41,225 bases of DNA from the IMG/VR virus record IMGVR_UViG_2734482782_000005, positions 1-41,225 of that record, one strand, 5' to 3'. Under the pieces are notes generated by a model, which was not told the DNA's origin, made no database searches, and saw nothing but the letters and a program-made list of their open reading frames with translations. Of the stretch, positions 1 through 11,363 are shown one piece after another; position 1 is the first letter of the stretch, and the number at the start of each line of letters is the position of its first letter. A program made the position numbers and the translations under genes. Source of the stretch: a virus. Its lineage: Duplodnaviria > Heunggongvirae > Uroviricota > Caudoviricetes.

Positions 1-1158
1 ATGCTCACCGTTAAGCAGATTGAAGCAGCAAAGCCGAAAGAAAAACCATACCGCCTTCTCGATGGTAATGGCCTGTACCTTTATGTCCCTGTATCCGGGA
101 AAAAGGTATGGCAGCTTCGCTACAAGATTGACGGTAAGGAGAAAATCCTGACCGTCGGAAAATATCCGCTTATGACTTTGCAGGAGGCAAGGGATAAGGC
201 ATGGACTGCGAGGAAAGACATCTCGGCTGGCATCGATCCGGTAAAGGCGAAAAAGGCTTCGTCTAACAACAATTCCTTTAGTGCGATTTACAAGGAATGG
301 TACGAGCACAAGAAGCAAGTCTGGTCAGTAGGCTATGCAACTGAACTTGCAAAAATGTTCGATGACGACATTTTACCTATCATCGGCGGCCTTGAAATTC
401 AGGATATTGAGCCGATGCAACTGCTGGAAGTAATCCGCAGATTTGAAGATCGCGGTGCAATGGAGCGAGCCAACAAAGCCCGCAGAAGATGCGGCGAGGT
501 TTTCCGTTACGCTATTGTCACTGGTAGGGCTAAATATAACCCGGCACCTGACCTTGCTGACGCCATGAAGGGATACCGCAAGAAGAACTTCCCGTTTTTA
601 CCTGCCGACCAGATCTCGGCATTCAACAAAGCACTTGCAACATTTTCAGGAAGTATCGTATCGCTCATTGCGACCAAAGTTTTACGCTACACAGCCCTAA
701 GAACAAAAGAGCTTCGTTCCATGCTATGGAAGAACGTCGATTTTGAAAACAGGATTATCACCATCGACGCCAGTGTGATGAAGGGACGCAAAATTCATGT
801 TGTCCCGATGTCAGACCAGGTGGTTGAACTTCTCACTACACTAAGCTCAATCACTAAACCAGTATCAGAGTTTGTTTTTTCCGGGCGCAACGATAAGAAG
901 AAGCCAATCTGCGAGAACGCGGTATTGCTTGTGATCAAACAAATCGGCTATGAAGGTCTGGAAAGCGGTCACGGATTCAGGCATGAATTCAGCACGATTA
1001 TGAACGAGCACGAATGGCCTGCTGATGCTATTGAAGTGCAACTGGCACATGCCAACGGCGGATCTGTACGCGGGATTTACAACCATGCTCAGTATCTCGA
1101 TAAGCGCAGAGAAATGATGCAGTGGTGGGCGGACTGGATTGATGAAAAGGTGGAGTGA
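1..1158 (+). CDS. intS: Tyrosine-recombinase prophage integrase (IntS-like)
   Basis: 385-aa ORF from ATG at 1; translation matches my recollection of E. coli KplE1/CPS-53 IntS; first gene inside a tRNA-associated prophage. Confidence 0.9.
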   Translation: MLTVKQIEAAKPKEKPYRLLDGNGLYLYVPVSGKKVWQLRYKIDGKEKILTVGKYPLMTLQEARDKAWTARKDISAGIDPVKAKKASSNNNSFSAIYKEWYEHKKQVWSVGYATELAKMFDDDILPIIGGLEIQDIEPMQLLEVIRRFEDRGAMERANKARRRCGEVFRYAIVTGRAKYNPAPDLADAMKGYRKKNFPFLPADQISAFNKALATFSGSIVSLIATKVLRYTALRTKELRSMLWKNVDFENRIITIDASVMKGRKIHVVPMSDQVVELLTTLSSITKPVSEFVFSGRNDKKKPICENAVLLVIKQIGYEGLESGHGFRHEFSTIMNEHEWPADAIEVQLAHANGGSVRGIYNHAQYLDKRREMMQWWADWIDEKVE

Positions 1159-1300
1159 TCCACCTTAACCACTATCGAAGAGCACAAAGCCTTGCAATCC
1201 AGTACAAAACTTTGTTTGTCTCATCAACCATAGCAAGTCATCGATCGATTGAGACTTGGATGATAGACTTCATGCCTTTGATTATTAGCTGATAGAAGAA

Positions 1301-1663
1301 ATGTTAAAACTATTTGCAAAGTACACCTCGATTGGTGTGCTGAACACCCTTATACACTGGGTGGTTTTTGGTGTTTGTATCTATTCCGCGCATACAAACC
1401 AAGCTCTTGCAAACTTCGCAGGTTTTGTTGTGGCTGTGAGTTTTAGCTTCTTCGCAAATGCAAAATTCACATTCAAAGCATCAACTACAACGATGCGCTA
1501 CATGTTATATGTCGGGTTCATGGGAACACTGAGTGCTACTGTTGGATCGGCTGCTGATAGATGTGCACTTCCTCCAATTGTCACTCTTGTCACCTTCTCC
1601 GCCATCAGCTTGGTGTGCGGTTTCGTCTATTCAAAGTTCATTGTCTTTAGGGATGCGAAATGA
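1301..1663 (+). CDS. gtrA: GtrA flippase for bactoprenol-linked glucose (O-antigen modification)
   Basis: 120-aa hydrophobic protein, ATG at 1301, stop overlaps gtrB start (ATGA at 1660); resembles YfdG/GtrA. Confidence 0.9.
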   Translation: MLKLFAKYTSIGVLNTLIHWVVFGVCIYSAHTNQALANFAGFVVAVSFSFFANAKFTFKASTTTMRYMLYVGFMGTLSATVGSAADRCALPPIVTLVTFSAISLVCGFVYSKFIVFRDAK

Positions 1664-2580
1664 AGATATCTCTGGTCGTTCCTGTCTTCAATGAAGAGGA
1701 AGCGATACCAATTTTTTATAAAACGGTACGTGAATTCGAAGAGTTGAAGCCATATGAAGTGGAAATTGTTTTTATAAATGATGGTAGCAAAGACGCTACG
1801 GAGTCAATCATTAACGCTCTGTCCGTTTCAGATCCCCTAGTTGTTCCGCTGTCATTTACACGAAACTTTGGTAAAGAACCAGCATTGTTTGCAGGGTTAG
1901 ACCATGCAACCGGAGATGCTGTAATTCCAATTGATGTTGACCTGCAAGACCCGATTGAGGTTATTCCTCATCTTATTGAAAAGTGGCAGGCAGGTGCTGA
2001 TATAGTGCTTGCTAAACGTTCAGACCGTTCTACTGATAGCCGGCTTAAACGTAAATCTGCTGAATTGTTTTATAAGCTGCATAACAAAATAAGCACCCCT
2101 AAGATCGAGGAAAACGTAGGTGACTTCCGTCTGATGTCACGAGAGGTCGTGGAGAACATCAAACTCATGCCGGAACGCAATCTTTTCATGAAGGGTGTAC
2201 TTAGTTGGGTTGGCGGTCGTACAGATGTCGTTGAATATGCCCGTGCAGAACGCGTTGCAGGAAGAACAAAATTCAACGGATGGAAACTATGGAACTTGGC
2301 GCTTGAGGGGATAACGAGCTTTTCAACCTTCCCTCTGCGCATGTGGACTTACATTGGTCTGTTCGTTGCAGGTGCAGCGTTACTTTACGGGGCATGGATG
2401 ATTTTTGACACTCTCTTTTTTGGGAATGCTGTTAGAGGGTACCCATCACTTCTCGTCTCAATTCTATTTTTAGGCGGCATCCAACTTATCGGCATTGGCG
2501 TTCTTGGAGAGTACATTGGAAGGATTTACGTCGAGGTTAAACAAAGACCCAAATATATATTGAAAGGAATTAAAAAATGA
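1660..2580 (+). CDS. gtrB: GtrB bactoprenol glucosyltransferase (GT2 family)
   Basis: 306-aa ORF with GT2-like N-terminal domain and C-terminal TM helices; translationally coupled to gtrA and gtrC. Confidence 0.9.
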   Translation: MKISLVVPVFNEEEAIPIFYKTVREFEELKPYEVEIVFINDGSKDATESIINALSVSDPLVVPLSFTRNFGKEPALFAGLDHATGDAVIPIDVDLQDPIEVIPHLIEKWQAGADIVLAKRSDRSTDSRLKRKSAELFYKLHNKISTPKIEENVGDFRLMSREVVENIKLMPERNLFMKGVLSWVGGRTDVVEYARAERVAGRTKFNGWKLWNLALEGITSFSTFPLRMWTYIGLFVAGAALLYGAWMIFDTLFFGNAVRGYPSLLVSILFLGGIQLIGIGVLGEYIGRIYVEVKQRPKYILKGIKK

Positions 2581-4028
2581 TAAACATCAAAATAAAATTA
2601 TTAATTTTGTCCATCATTACTTCCGTTATTGTGTATGGTTATTGCTTATTTAACTTTAGTCTTTCTATAGATGGAGAGTTTTTTGATAATACCATTCACA
2701 CAATATCACTTGGCAGGTGGGGTCATGCCCTGCTTCATCAGTTTATATTACCAGAGCCATACACGCCTTTCTTTTCAGTATTATTATCTTTAGTTATTAT
2801 TGCCATTGCCGCATGGATGGCATCTATTTTTATAACAGAAAATACTCACGAGAGATTGGTTGTTATATTTGGTTTTTTTGCCACGCCGCAACTTGCTTAT
2901 CAATTGCAGTTTACTAACCAGGCAGACACCACAGCTATTGGTATTCTGTTGGTTGTTATATCCGCGATAACATCATTTAAAGCGATGGGTGGTGACAAAT
3001 CATTACTTAATGCAACCATATCTATTGTATGTCTTTGCTGTGCTATATCAATATACCAGTCATTTCTTGTTGTAGCGTTTAGTGTATATGTTGGATTCTT
3101 TATTCTGAGAACAAGAAATAAAGAAAACAATAAATATAAAACATCAATAATTAAATTCTCGTTATATAGCACAGTAATATTCATACTTTCACTTGCATTG
3201 TATTTTATGTTTTTCAAAATAATATTAATTTCGTATGGAGTTGATGATAAGACTGCGGAATATTCAAGATCACAAATGGCGTGGGGTTACAGACAAAATA
3301 GTTATATAATTAATTATCTGTATAACTACACAAAAAACTTTTTGCTTGGAGATACGTTTTTTGGGTTTAGGACGTATATTGTTGGAGTGATTGCTGTAGT
3401 GGTGGTTTTTTTTAACTTAGTATTCAAACGAAACCTAAATAATGCAACATCATGTTTAATGTCACTTGCTTTGGTATTATCTCCTTTAGTTCTTGTTTTT
3501 TATTTCGGAAATAACCAGATGCCACGCACTTACATTTCAATGAGCTTTGTAGTGGCATTTTCAGTTCTGATTATATTCAGAGGCTTGAGTTTAAAGAAAG
3601 AGTTTATTATTATCCCGGTCTTCATGTGCCTTTACTCTACTTATGCAGTATCGGCATTATTTTATTCTGATGATATTGCAAGATCTAGAGATGAGTTTAT
3701 ATCACGAAAGATAGTTTCTGATGCGCAGTCATTAATTAAGCATGGTGAGTCTAGTATTATAACACTTTACTTTCATGGACATATAAATAATGAAAACAGA
3801 TGGAAGTTACGAAACAGTGACACATTTGGAGTGTCTTTCTTTTCTTGGGATAATGGTAACCCTAGAAGAATATGTGCATATATTTCATATTACTCACTAG
3901 CAAAAGTTAGGTGTGAAAAGATATCATCTGGATATGACGCCAACATAGCAATGAAATTGCCGCCATACCCTTACATAGGATATATAAAAAACGAAAACGG
4001 AAAACTAATAATCAATCTTGGTGGGTAA
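2577..4028 (+). CDS. Serotype-specific O-antigen glucosyltransferase (GtrC-type polytopic membrane protein)
   Basis: 483-aa highly hydrophobic ORF, very AT-rich, third gene of gtr operon; ATG 2577 overlaps gtrB stop. Confidence 0.75.
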   Translation: MINIKIKLLILSIITSVIVYGYCLFNFSLSIDGEFFDNTIHTISLGRWGHALLHQFILPEPYTPFFSVLLSLVIIAIAAWMASIFITENTHERLVVIFGFFATPQLAYQLQFTNQADTTAIGILLVVISAITSFKAMGGDKSLLNATISIVCLCCAISIYQSFLVVAFSVYVGFFILRTRNKENNKYKTSIIKFSLYSTVIFILSLALYFMFFKIILISYGVDDKTAEYSRSQMAWGYRQNSYIINYLYNYTKNFLLGDTFFGFRTYIVGVIAVVVVFFNLVFKRNLNNATSCLMSLALVLSPLVLVFYFGNNQMPRTYISMSFVVAFSVLIIFRGLSLKKEFIIIPVFMCLYSTYAVSALFYSDDIARSRDEFISRKIVSDAQSLIKHGESSIITLYFHGHINNENRWKLRNSDTFGVSFFSWDNGNPRRICAYISYYSLAKVRCEKISSGYDANIAMKLPPYPYIGYIKNENGKLIINLGG

Positions 4029-4030
4029 AA

Positions 4031-6064
4031 TTACATAGTTGTACCATCAGCGTATTTCCAAGCTTGAGCCAGTTGATCAAAAAAAACTGGCTTTTTAGTG
4101 TCTATGTTATAGATACTGTGACCGTACCCAAGAAGGTTCTTATTTATAGCGTTTATCTGTGAGGACGTTGCAGCAGTTGGAATGCCAGACCATGCAACAG
4201 TAATTAATATCCAATTACTTCCTGTCCATCTGATGTATGTCCCAGTATCAATTTGGTAGTATATGTGTCCTACAGGTATACCTGTAGGTCTAGCGGAAGA
4301 AAGACCAACAACCTGAAACCCTCTGTCATCAATCCACATTCCAGCCCCTACGTTGGTAATGAACCTCCCAAATGTCACATCATAGTAACTGAAACCGGGA
4401 ATCGCATACCCCGTAAAGCCAGATTTCCAAGAGGCAGAGTTATCAATTGATCTAACTCGAATTGACCTTTTTTCTGCTTCAGTTGCACTCGATGGTGACG
4501 ACGAAGATACCGTGTGAATGGAAACGATATCCACAAGCGTGTTTATTGGTTCTTCGCCACGGAAAATGTACTGGAATCCATCGTAATGACAACCCTGCGA
4601 GTCAATAAATGTCGCCCGAACCCTGTCAGGGCGTCCGTAGTACACGGTAAGCGCATTAGCTGACGCGTAGGCTTCGTTGTAATAGCGTGAACCCTTATCC
4701 TGAATTCTTAGGACGTTTTTATAGTCAACGCCAACGGCTATACCAGCGGTAGTGGTTGTGAACCTGAATTCGTTATCTGAAAAAATCAGGTCGCCCATTT
4801 GCCATGTAGGATTGTCAATTTCATCCTCTGCACCTTGCGCGGAAATCATTATTCCGATTGCAAATGTGCGGCAGCGGTTATCACTGACTTTGAATACATC
4901 TGATTTCTGGTCGTGTCTGTGCGTGAATAGAGCAAAACCATAACCGCCAACTAGGTCATTGTTGTGCAGGTTAACGCGGTGTGTGCCAATGAATTTAAAC
5001 GCGCGTTCAAACGTTGTTTCTGGTGTTTCAGTATTGTAATTGCGCATCACAACACTGTTGTTTTGTACGAATGCGGCGCGGCTAGTTCCTGTCCCATCGG
5101 CAAAACTTGATGCGTAGACTGCATGGCGATCAAGCGGTGCGCCGGCTACACCAAAAATACAGTTGTCGACAGAGATAATCTCACAATCGATAGGGACAGT
5201 ACCATAGCCATAAACACCTGCGCTCCAGTCCTGTGAAGCGAGTTGCTGGAATACGTTGGAGTAACTAGCGCCATAGCACAAGTGAATCTGTGCAGTCACA
5301 GTGTTAACACCAGCACTGATGTTGCGCATTTCTGATCCTTCATAATGCGCATAAACGTTGTTCACAGTAATGCCAACTACAGCACGCCCAACACCACGAA
5401 CTTTTCCGCCGTCAATTTTGACTTTAGTGGTGACGCTTTCGACGCCTGTTCCGTCAAACGTCAGGATCTGGTAGTAGGTGTTTACGTCTGTAGGTGTGAA
5501 GTTAACCCAACCGTCAGCCGTAGATTTGATTGTAATGTCTCTACCATTTAACGATCTGCGAATTGGTGTGTTTATATTCTGTACGTTATCAATGAGAACA
5601 TCAGCACTGTTCTCAAGAGCGGTATCAATAGCCTGTTCAAGACTTCCAGCCTCTGATGTTTTTACAAGACCGCGAACGCCTCCAATGTATGAAAAACCAA
5701 TAGAAGATGAAAGCCTTCCCTCCAGCTGGTCAGGATCGTACTTCAGCACATTCGGAAAATAGAACTGCTGCGCACCATACGCATCGTATACAGCCATTGA
5801 ATGGCCTTGCACAGTTACGAATTTGGCAATCTGTCCGTTATATACCGGGTAACCAGCAGCGTTAATGATGATTGGTTGCGATACAGGAACATGAGAGCCG
5901 TCTTCGTTCTCTACATAAACCTGAATCTGGTTTTCAGGATTTACAGGGTCAGTGTCAATTTTACCGATATAAATTTTGCCATTGGCTACGGCTTTAAAAG
6001 AACGCGCCATAGTGAATAGTTGCGAAGGCATGCTTACCACAACATTTGCGGTGATATCTGACAT
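4031..6064 (-). CDS. Tailspike protein with P22-type N-terminal head-binding domain and a distinct receptor-binding domain
   Basis: Internal ATG at 6064 gives [11 protein letters not shown]..., recalled P22 gp9 N-terminus; GGAG RBS upstream; the rest does not resemble P22 endorhamnosidase; ORF-track start at 6112 is an upstream extension. Confidence 0.85.
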   Translation of the reverse strand: MSDITANVVVSMPSQLFTMARSFKAVANGKIYIGKIDTDPVNPENQIQVYVENEDGSHVPVSQPIIINAAGYPVYNGQIAKFVTVQGHSMAVYDAYGAQQFYFPNVLKYDPDQLEGRLSSSIGFSYIGGVRGLVKTSEAGSLEQAIDTALENSADVLIDNVQNINTPIRRSLNGRDITIKSTADGWVNFTPTDVNTYYQILTFDGTGVESVTTKVKIDGGKVRGVGRAVVGITVNNVYAHYEGSEMRNISAGVNTVTAQIHLCYGASYSNVFQQLASQDWSAGVYGYGTVPIDCEIISVDNCIFGVAGAPLDRHAVYASSFADGTGTSRAAFVQNNSVVMRNYNTETPETTFERAFKFIGTHRVNLHNNDLVGGYGFALFTHRHDQKSDVFKVSDNRCRTFAIGIMISAQGAEDEIDNPTWQMGDLIFSDNEFRFTTTTAGIAVGVDYKNVLRIQDKGSRYYNEAYASANALTVYYGRPDRVRATFIDSQGCHYDGFQYIFRGEEPINTLVDIVSIHTVSSSSPSSATEAEKRSIRVRSIDNSASWKSGFTGYAIPGFSYYDVTFGRFITNVGAGMWIDDRGFQVVGLSSARPTGIPVGHIYYQIDTGTYIRWTGSNWILITVAWSGIPTAATSSQINAINKNLLGYGHSIYNIDTKKPVFFDQLAQAWKYADGTTM

Positions 6065-6089
6065 TTCATTGCTCCAGACGAATAATATG

Positions 6090-6112
6090 ATGCAACCATG
6101 ATGTGATTGCAT
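6090..6112. promoter_or_regulatory. 23-bp imperfect palindrome (ATGCAA-N11-TTGCAT) in the tailspike promoter region; candidate operator for the adjacent Mnt-like repressor
   Basis: Inverted repeat read directly; lies 26-48 bp upstream of tailspike ATG and upstream of divergent mnt. Confidence 0.3.
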
Positions 6113-6185
6113 ACCGAAATGGTACTATTGAGTATTTATCCAGTAGGTTACGATGCCATTCCACCCAACTGGTGAGGCATCAAGG

Positions 6186-6446
6186 ATGTACAGCAAATAC
6201 GACGAGGCGCAGTTTCACTTGAGACTTCCGCATGAACTCCACGCGAAAATTAAGCAGCGTGCGAAGATGAATAACAGGTCGCTGAACTCAGAGATAATTG
6301 CAGCGATTGAAGAATCATTGGACAAACAAAGCTCTGCATCAGTTTACATTGACGATGCAGAGCGTATGGCAGAACAACAATCTGATATGGTTAAGAAAAT
6401 TGTCTTTGATACGCTCAAGGAGCTATATAAAAAAGACAGCAGCTAA
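6186..6446 (+). CDS. mnt: Mnt-like ribbon-helix-helix repressor (immI-type)
   Basis: Translation from ATG 6186 (MYSKYDEAQFHLRLPHELHAKIKQRAK...NSEII...) resembles P22 Mnt including C-terminal ...VFDTLKELYKK; divergent to tailspike. Confidence 0.75.
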   Translation: MYSKYDEAQFHLRLPHELHAKIKQRAKMNNRSLNSEIIAAIEESLDKQSSASVYIDDAERMAEQQSDMVKKIVFDTLKELYKKDSS

Positions 6447-6535
6447 CTATCAGTTACGGAGGATTTATGCAAAGAGATATGCTGAATATTGCGTTCTACA
6501 TATTTGGTTTTTGCACGTTCCTGGTGTTTGCGAAG

Positions 6536-8815
6536 CTATTCTGACAACGCATCAGACTTGGCACCTTGAGTCAGGGCGTTAATGGCCTTTTGCGCCTGCT
6601 GCATGGCTTTCTCAAACGCTGTTGATCCGCGTGGGGTGTTTGCCATTCGGAGCATTGCATTTCTGAATGGCTCGCTCTCATAGGCGCGAGTAAGAAGTCC
6701 GTAGCTTACCGCTGCGCCAGTTGTCGCCGGGTTCATTGCCGTCCCATATCCGATAATGAACGGGATGGTTTGCTGCCCTGTTGGTGTTGTTACTGCCGCT
6801 TTTGCAGCCTGCTGCGTGGATTGCAGGTAGTTTTTCAATCCTTTCAGATAAGCAGCATCCTGCCCCTTAAATATTATTCCAGTCTGGTTTTGCATGATGT
6901 TAAGCTGCCGAAGGAACTGGTCAGGGGAACCACCTGATTTCTCCATCGCCTTTCCAATGATGCCATTGCGCATTTGCACCCTACCAACACGACCAACTGA
7001 GTTATACAGAGCCTTAATTTCAGATTTGTTCTTGCTGAATAGCATGTTGTTGACAACTTCCGGCGTCAGATCGCCTTTCATGAGAACATTCTTCAGCCTG
7101 GTATTCTTTAGTTTAGCCGCTTCGTCAGCGTAGACGGCATTGGCCTGCTGATATTTACGGAGAGTATCGTTGCCAAGATTCTGACCAATGGCACCATTGA
7201 TATCGTCGGTCATTGCCTTGTAAACGCGCTGAATGGCAGCATCGGAACGGTTTGGTAACACTGGTCGCTCACCCTTCACGTCCATTCTGAACTGGCTGCG
7301 CAGGTCGCTTAATTGCTTCAAATCCAGATTTACAGGACCATCAGGGCCAGCATTGCGAACAAGCTCATCACGATATGACTGAAGTTTTGAAATAGTCTCG
7401 TTATCAGCAACCTTACCAAGCTTCTGCAGGTTAGATATTTCTGTATCAATCTGCTGAATTGCTCGCGCAGGCTGAATGTTTACTCCAGCCATAGCATTCT
7501 GAACCTGCTCCAGTCGATTACCGGCGGCACGACGAATTCCTGATGTTTTCGCTTTAAGGCTGTCAATAACAACAGATGGATCATACTCACCGAATTTATC
7601 AGCAAATCTCTGCACCAACTGGCTTCTCGCTTCCTGTTGCGTTGCTCTCATTCCGCTTGTGCCAGCCAGAGGGATATTTTCTGCTGTAGTCTGCGCCATT
7701 TTTCCGACGCGGGAAGTGGGTTGTAACAGGTCTGTGGTGTGCAGAGGAACGCCTTCACGCTCTGCAAATCTGATAGCTTGCTGTGCTTCTGGCGCGATAG
7801 CACCACGAACGCCACGATAAGCAGCACCTAATCCACGTCCGGCAGCGTTAATAGCACCGCCAGCAAGTACACCAACGCCTAAATCGGTGGCGAGTGCTTC
7901 CGCATCATCTTTCGCACTATTTGCAGCAAGTGATCCAACTGCGTTTTCTGCTAGAAGGCGAGTTGCCCCCTGAGCAATTCGACCAGCAAGTGTTGGTGCC
8001 TGTGCTGCCGCTCTCTCAACGCCAGCAGGAGTGAGGTAAGGCAATGCTTCAGCAAATACCATTCCCTCTGTCGTTTGTGGAGTCAGCGCACCTTGCTGAA
8101 GGCCAAAGTCCTGCTCTAATCCCTGCGTTGTTACTCGTGGTGCTGGGTGATATGTCCCATCGCCAATTCCGAGTTTACCGCCAGCCCAAGCCGCCGCGCT
8201 TGTTACAGCATCGGCAACTGATGCAGGTATGTTTGCCACGTTCACGCCAGCCTGCACCAGTCCGCGACCAGTTTCAGCCGCGGCATTGCCAAGGTCGGAA
8301 ATGAAACCTCCTTGCTGCTGTGGCGCTGCCTGTGTACTTTGCTGTACAGGCTGTTGTGTAGCTTGATTCTTCCTAGGGAGGTATTCATCAGCTTGCTGGT
8401 TGTGCAGACTCTCCGCATATGCAGTGGCATCGTCAGGATTGTCGAACATACCAAGATGCTTTCCCGTCCTCATGAAGTTATCAATAGCTTCATCATCAGA
8501 CATAATGCGACCATCATCACTAACGGTAGGAATCAGCACCTCTCTACCATCTATATTGGTAGACATGCTCCGCACAGTGCTAATGCTGCCATCAGAGTTT
8601 TTAACAACAGGCCGATTGTGAATGTCAATATTACCCTTCTCTAGCAGACCTCTAGGGTAAGCAGAGTAAAACGCTTGTTTTGCCTGCTCTGCATTTTCTC
8701 CGGCTTGCGGGGCAACGACTTCATTGAAGTATTGTTCCTGAGCCTGCGCTTTTTGTTCTGGTGCTAACGCCTGATACTGTGGAGAGGCGATAACATCTTT
8801 CCATGCTTTAGCCAT
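6536..8815 (-). CDS. DNA-ejection (injection) protein, P22 gp16-like
   Basis: 759-aa ORF; position after gp20 in P22 gene order; N-terminus resembles gp16. Confidence 0.75.
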   Translation of the reverse strand: MAKAWKDVIASPQYQALAPEQKAQAQEQYFNEVVAPQAGENAEQAKQAFYSAYPRGLLEKGNIDIHNRPVVKNSDGSISTVRSMSTNIDGREVLIPTVSDDGRIMSDDEAIDNFMRTGKHLGMFDNPDDATAYAESLHNQQADEYLPRKNQATQQPVQQSTQAAPQQQGGFISDLGNAAAETGRGLVQAGVNVANIPASVADAVTSAAAWAGGKLGIGDGTYHPAPRVTTQGLEQDFGLQQGALTPQTTEGMVFAEALPYLTPAGVERAAAQAPTLAGRIAQGATRLLAENAVGSLAANSAKDDAEALATDLGVGVLAGGAINAAGRGLGAAYRGVRGAIAPEAQQAIRFAEREGVPLHTTDLLQPTSRVGKMAQTTAENIPLAGTSGMRATQQEARSQLVQRFADKFGEYDPSVVIDSLKAKTSGIRRAAGNRLEQVQNAMAGVNIQPARAIQQIDTEISNLQKLGKVADNETISKLQSYRDELVRNAGPDGPVNLDLKQLSDLRSQFRMDVKGERPVLPNRSDAAIQRVYKAMTDDINGAIGQNLGNDTLRKYQQANAVYADEAAKLKNTRLKNVLMKGDLTPEVVNNMLFSKNKSEIKALYNSVGRVGRVQMRNGIIGKAMEKSGGSPDQFLRQLNIMQNQTGIIFKGQDAAYLKGLKNYLQSTQQAAKAAVTTPTGQQTIPFIIGYGTAMNPATTGAAVSYGLLTRAYESEPFRNAMLRMANTPRGSTAFEKAMQQAQKAINALTQGAKSDALSE

Positions 8816-10203
8816 TAATCACCCCATAGTGAAGAAAAGTTACTGCTGGCTGCTGGCTGTGATACCTGTGCAGGTTGAGATTGCTTCCGCTGAGATTTAC
8901 CAACATTAACGTTATATTGTTGGTTGTAATTGTTGGTGTATTCCTGAATCTCACGAATCGACTGCTGCATAGCCTCCGGGCTCGAATAGTCAACCTGCGG
9001 CATCCCCTGAAAATACATCTTCGCTTCTGCAACGGTGTTAATACCACTGGCACCCATGTCCCTTGCTGCCGCCACACCCTGATTCTGCATTCTGCCCTGA
9101 ATACGTTGTGCTGAGTTATATAACTGGCGCTGCTCTTTTCCTGTTAATCGGCTGCGAACATCAGCACCAATTGCTGGATTACCTGCACCACCTGTCATTC
9201 CTGTCATGAAATCGAGAGCAGAAGCGTCTGCATTTGCGATCGCGTCGATATCCTTCTTCATGGCATAGTTTTGTGCTGATGCAGACGATGTTGCAGGCGC
9301 TGCGATTGAACTGGCAGGAACGCGAACCATATTCCCCTCGTTGTCGATGCCTTCGTAGAACGCATTAGCCCCAGCGCCATGAAGCTTCCCGCCGACAGTT
9401 ACAGTTCTGCCATCTGATAACTGAACTGTACGCTCATCATTCCCAGCAGTTCCTCTTGTTGACGATCGCTGCATTGCCAAATCCTGACCGCGTCGTGCAG
9501 TAGAAGCAGATAAATCCTGACCGCGCATCGTGATGTTCTGACCACGCGCTGTTAGTGCTTCTCCAGCCTGATTGCTGCGGATTGTCTCTGCAAGTTTTCC
9601 GCGGTCAATCTCACGACCAACGATTCTGTCCTGAACATTGAAGTAGTCAATCGGACCGAGAGCAGCCATCCCAAGGTGATCAACAAACTCACCAAATCCT
9701 GAAGGATTATGCTGATACATCTGAGCAACGTTGTTAGGGTCAACGCCGACGCGCGCCAGTTCCTTGGCGTTGTTTTGCAGCCATGATTGCATTGCTTCTG
9801 GAGACGATGACGCAAGGCGTGCGCCAGCTGCTAAGGTGCCGATAGAATTACGCTGCTCTTCATCAATGAATCCCATGCCTTTACGAACGGATTCAATCTG
9901 GTCTGGATATTGAGTAGCCAACTGACGCAAAGCACCGCGATCACCAGACGCATAAGCATTAGCGTATGCCTGCTGAAATTCTTTCTGCCGCTGAGCCTGC
10001 TTTTCCTGCTGAAACACCCCTGCAATACCTGAAAGACCTTGCAAAGCAGTCAGCCCAACATTGTTAGCGCCTGAACGCTCAATATCATTGTTCTGCCTGA
10101 TAAGCTGAAGCGTATTGCCGATGTCATTTACGCTCGGAGCGTTTGAGTTGACGCCGCCGATACCAGCCAACAATCCGCCATTTGATCCTTGCCAAGTAGC
10201 CAT
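8815..10203 (-). CDS. DNA-ejection protein, P22 gp20-like
   Basis: 462-aa ORF in conserved position between gp7 and gp16 homologs. Confidence 0.75.
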   Translation of the reverse strand: MATWQGSNGGLLAGIGGVNSNAPSVNDIGNTLQLIRQNNDIERSGANNVGLTALQGLSGIAGVFQQEKQAQRQKEFQQAYANAYASGDRGALRQLATQYPDQIESVRKGMGFIDEEQRNSIGTLAAGARLASSSPEAMQSWLQNNAKELARVGVDPNNVAQMYQHNPSGFGEFVDHLGMAALGPIDYFNVQDRIVGREIDRGKLAETIRSNQAGEALTARGQNITMRGQDLSASTARRGQDLAMQRSSTRGTAGNDERTVQLSDGRTVTVGGKLHGAGANAFYEGIDNEGNMVRVPASSIAAPATSSASAQNYAMKKDIDAIANADASALDFMTGMTGGAGNPAIGADVRSRLTGKEQRQLYNSAQRIQGRMQNQGVAAARDMGASGINTVAEAKMYFQGMPQVDYSSPEAMQQSIREIQEYTNNYNQQYNVNVGKSQRKQSQPAQVSQPAASSNFSSLWGD

Positions 10204-10212
10204 GATTACCCC

Positions 10213-10905
10213 TTAAAACAACGAGCCAAGCAATCCGATACCAGCACCAATGCCAGCGCCCCAAGGTGTTGATGTTCCCAAAAGGCTGGCAAGACCTGCA
10301 CCGGCAATCGCACCAGACGTTCCGCCACTAATTGCTGTCTGAAGACTTGATGGTTTATTGGCATTAGCAGCGGCAAGAGCTGCGCTTTGCTGTGCAATGC
10401 TGCTCATGTTGTTGGCGTACGTCTGCCCGGCGTTTGCCTGACCTTGCAGCGCACCAAGCCCAACGTTTGCCAGATTGTTGTAATTGCTCATCTGATTTGA
10501 TAACCAAGACTGACCGAGAGTCGGCGCGATCGTAGCCAGTTGATTGCTTGTGGCTGTCGAACCAAGTCCTCCCGTAGCCTCCGCAGCAGCAAGACTCTGG
10601 TAACGAGCCTGACCTGCAAGGTCTTTATACTGCTGAGAGTTGTAATACTGATTAAGTGCCTGCCCCTGACCTTCTAAACTGGAAAGGTTCTGAAGCTGGT
10701 TAACATACTGCTCCGCAAGAGGCGTGAACGGAGCAAGGTTTTTCATGATCGTCTGCCACTGCTGATTTTGCAGGTCTGCGGCATACTTCTGAGCTTCTGC
10801 TGCATACTTTGCGCTTTTATCAGAGCTACCACCTTTCCCGCCTTTTTCATGGCACCAAGGTTCCTCGCCGCGCAGTTTTCTGCCTAGCTTAAATGCATAT
10901 AACAT
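10213..10905 (-). CDS. DNA-ejection protein, P22 gp7-like
   Basis: 230-aa ORF; N-terminus MLYAF.LGRKLRGEEP...KGGKGGSSDKSAKYAAEAQKYAADLQNQQ matches recalled gp7. Confidence 0.85.
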   Translation of the reverse strand: MLYAFKLGRKLRGEEPWCHEKGGKGGSSDKSAKYAAEAQKYAADLQNQQWQTIMKNLAPFTPLAEQYVNQLQNLSSLEGQGQALNQYYNSQQYKDLAGQARYQSLAAAEATGGLGSTATSNQLATIAPTLGQSWLSNQMSNYNNLANVGLGALQGQANAGQTYANNMSSIAQQSAALAAANANKPSSLQTAISGGTSGAIAGAGLASLLGTSTPWGAGIGAGIGLLGSLF

Positions 10906-10907
10906 GG

Positions 10908-11363
10908 CTATCTCCCGTGATTCAGGAAGTCGATTAGTTCTTCGCGTGTGGCGCTGTAAAAAGTCACGTCATCCACGCCTTTGAAGTATTTCTTGATGGT
11001 TCCTACACGCTTAAGGCCAATCATTGCGCAGTACATCTGACCGTGGCGGAATTTGCGTGCGGCGAACGATGTGACGCACTGAACGGTGGTGTTAGTCAGA
11101 ATGTATCGCCAGAACGCCAGCCCAATTTCCTTGCTGAAGCCGCGAATCTCTGGCAGGTACATGGCGTGGCAATCGAATGTCAGCGGCTGAATCTCCTGAT
11201 AGTAAACAATGCCGCCAAACTGACCGTGCACGTTAACCTCAAAGTAACGGCATTCAGGCTTGTAGTCGTATCCATCACCGTTGTTGCTTCCGGCAATAAT
11301 GTCAGGGTGATTTCCGACTGCTTCGATCAGGTCGATGTTTCGCGTTGGTTTGAAATGAATCAT
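10908..11363 (-). CDS. Head-completion / ejection-associated protein (positional gp14 homolog)
   Basis: ATG at 11363 overlaps tail-needle stop (ATGA); position between gp26 and gp7 homologs. Confidence 0.5.
   Translation of the reverse strand: MIHFKPTRNIDLIEAVGNHPDIIAGSNNGDGYDYKPECRYFEVNVHGQFGGIVYYQEIQPLTFDCHAMYLPEIRGFSKEIGLAFWRYILTNTTVQCVTSFAARKFRHGQMYCAMIGLKRVGTIKKYFKGVDDVTFYSATREELIDFLNHGR

Noticed and set aside
1159-1300. Possible Dam/OxyR phase-variation switch upstream of gtrA
   Set aside because: Only one GATC occurs in the int-gtrA intergenic region; the described switch needs paired GATC-containing OxyR half-sites.
865-3217. Minus-strand ORFs inside int, gtrB and gtrC (865-1086, 2070-2342, 2900-3217)
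   Set aside because: Embedded antisense to well-supported genes, short, without RBS; typical shadow ORFs.
4031-6112. ORF-track tailspike start at 6112 ([16 protein letters not shown]...)
   Set aside because: The extension lacks an RBS and precedes the conserved MSDITAN N-terminus; the internal ATG at 6064 has a GGAG RBS and is the likely start.
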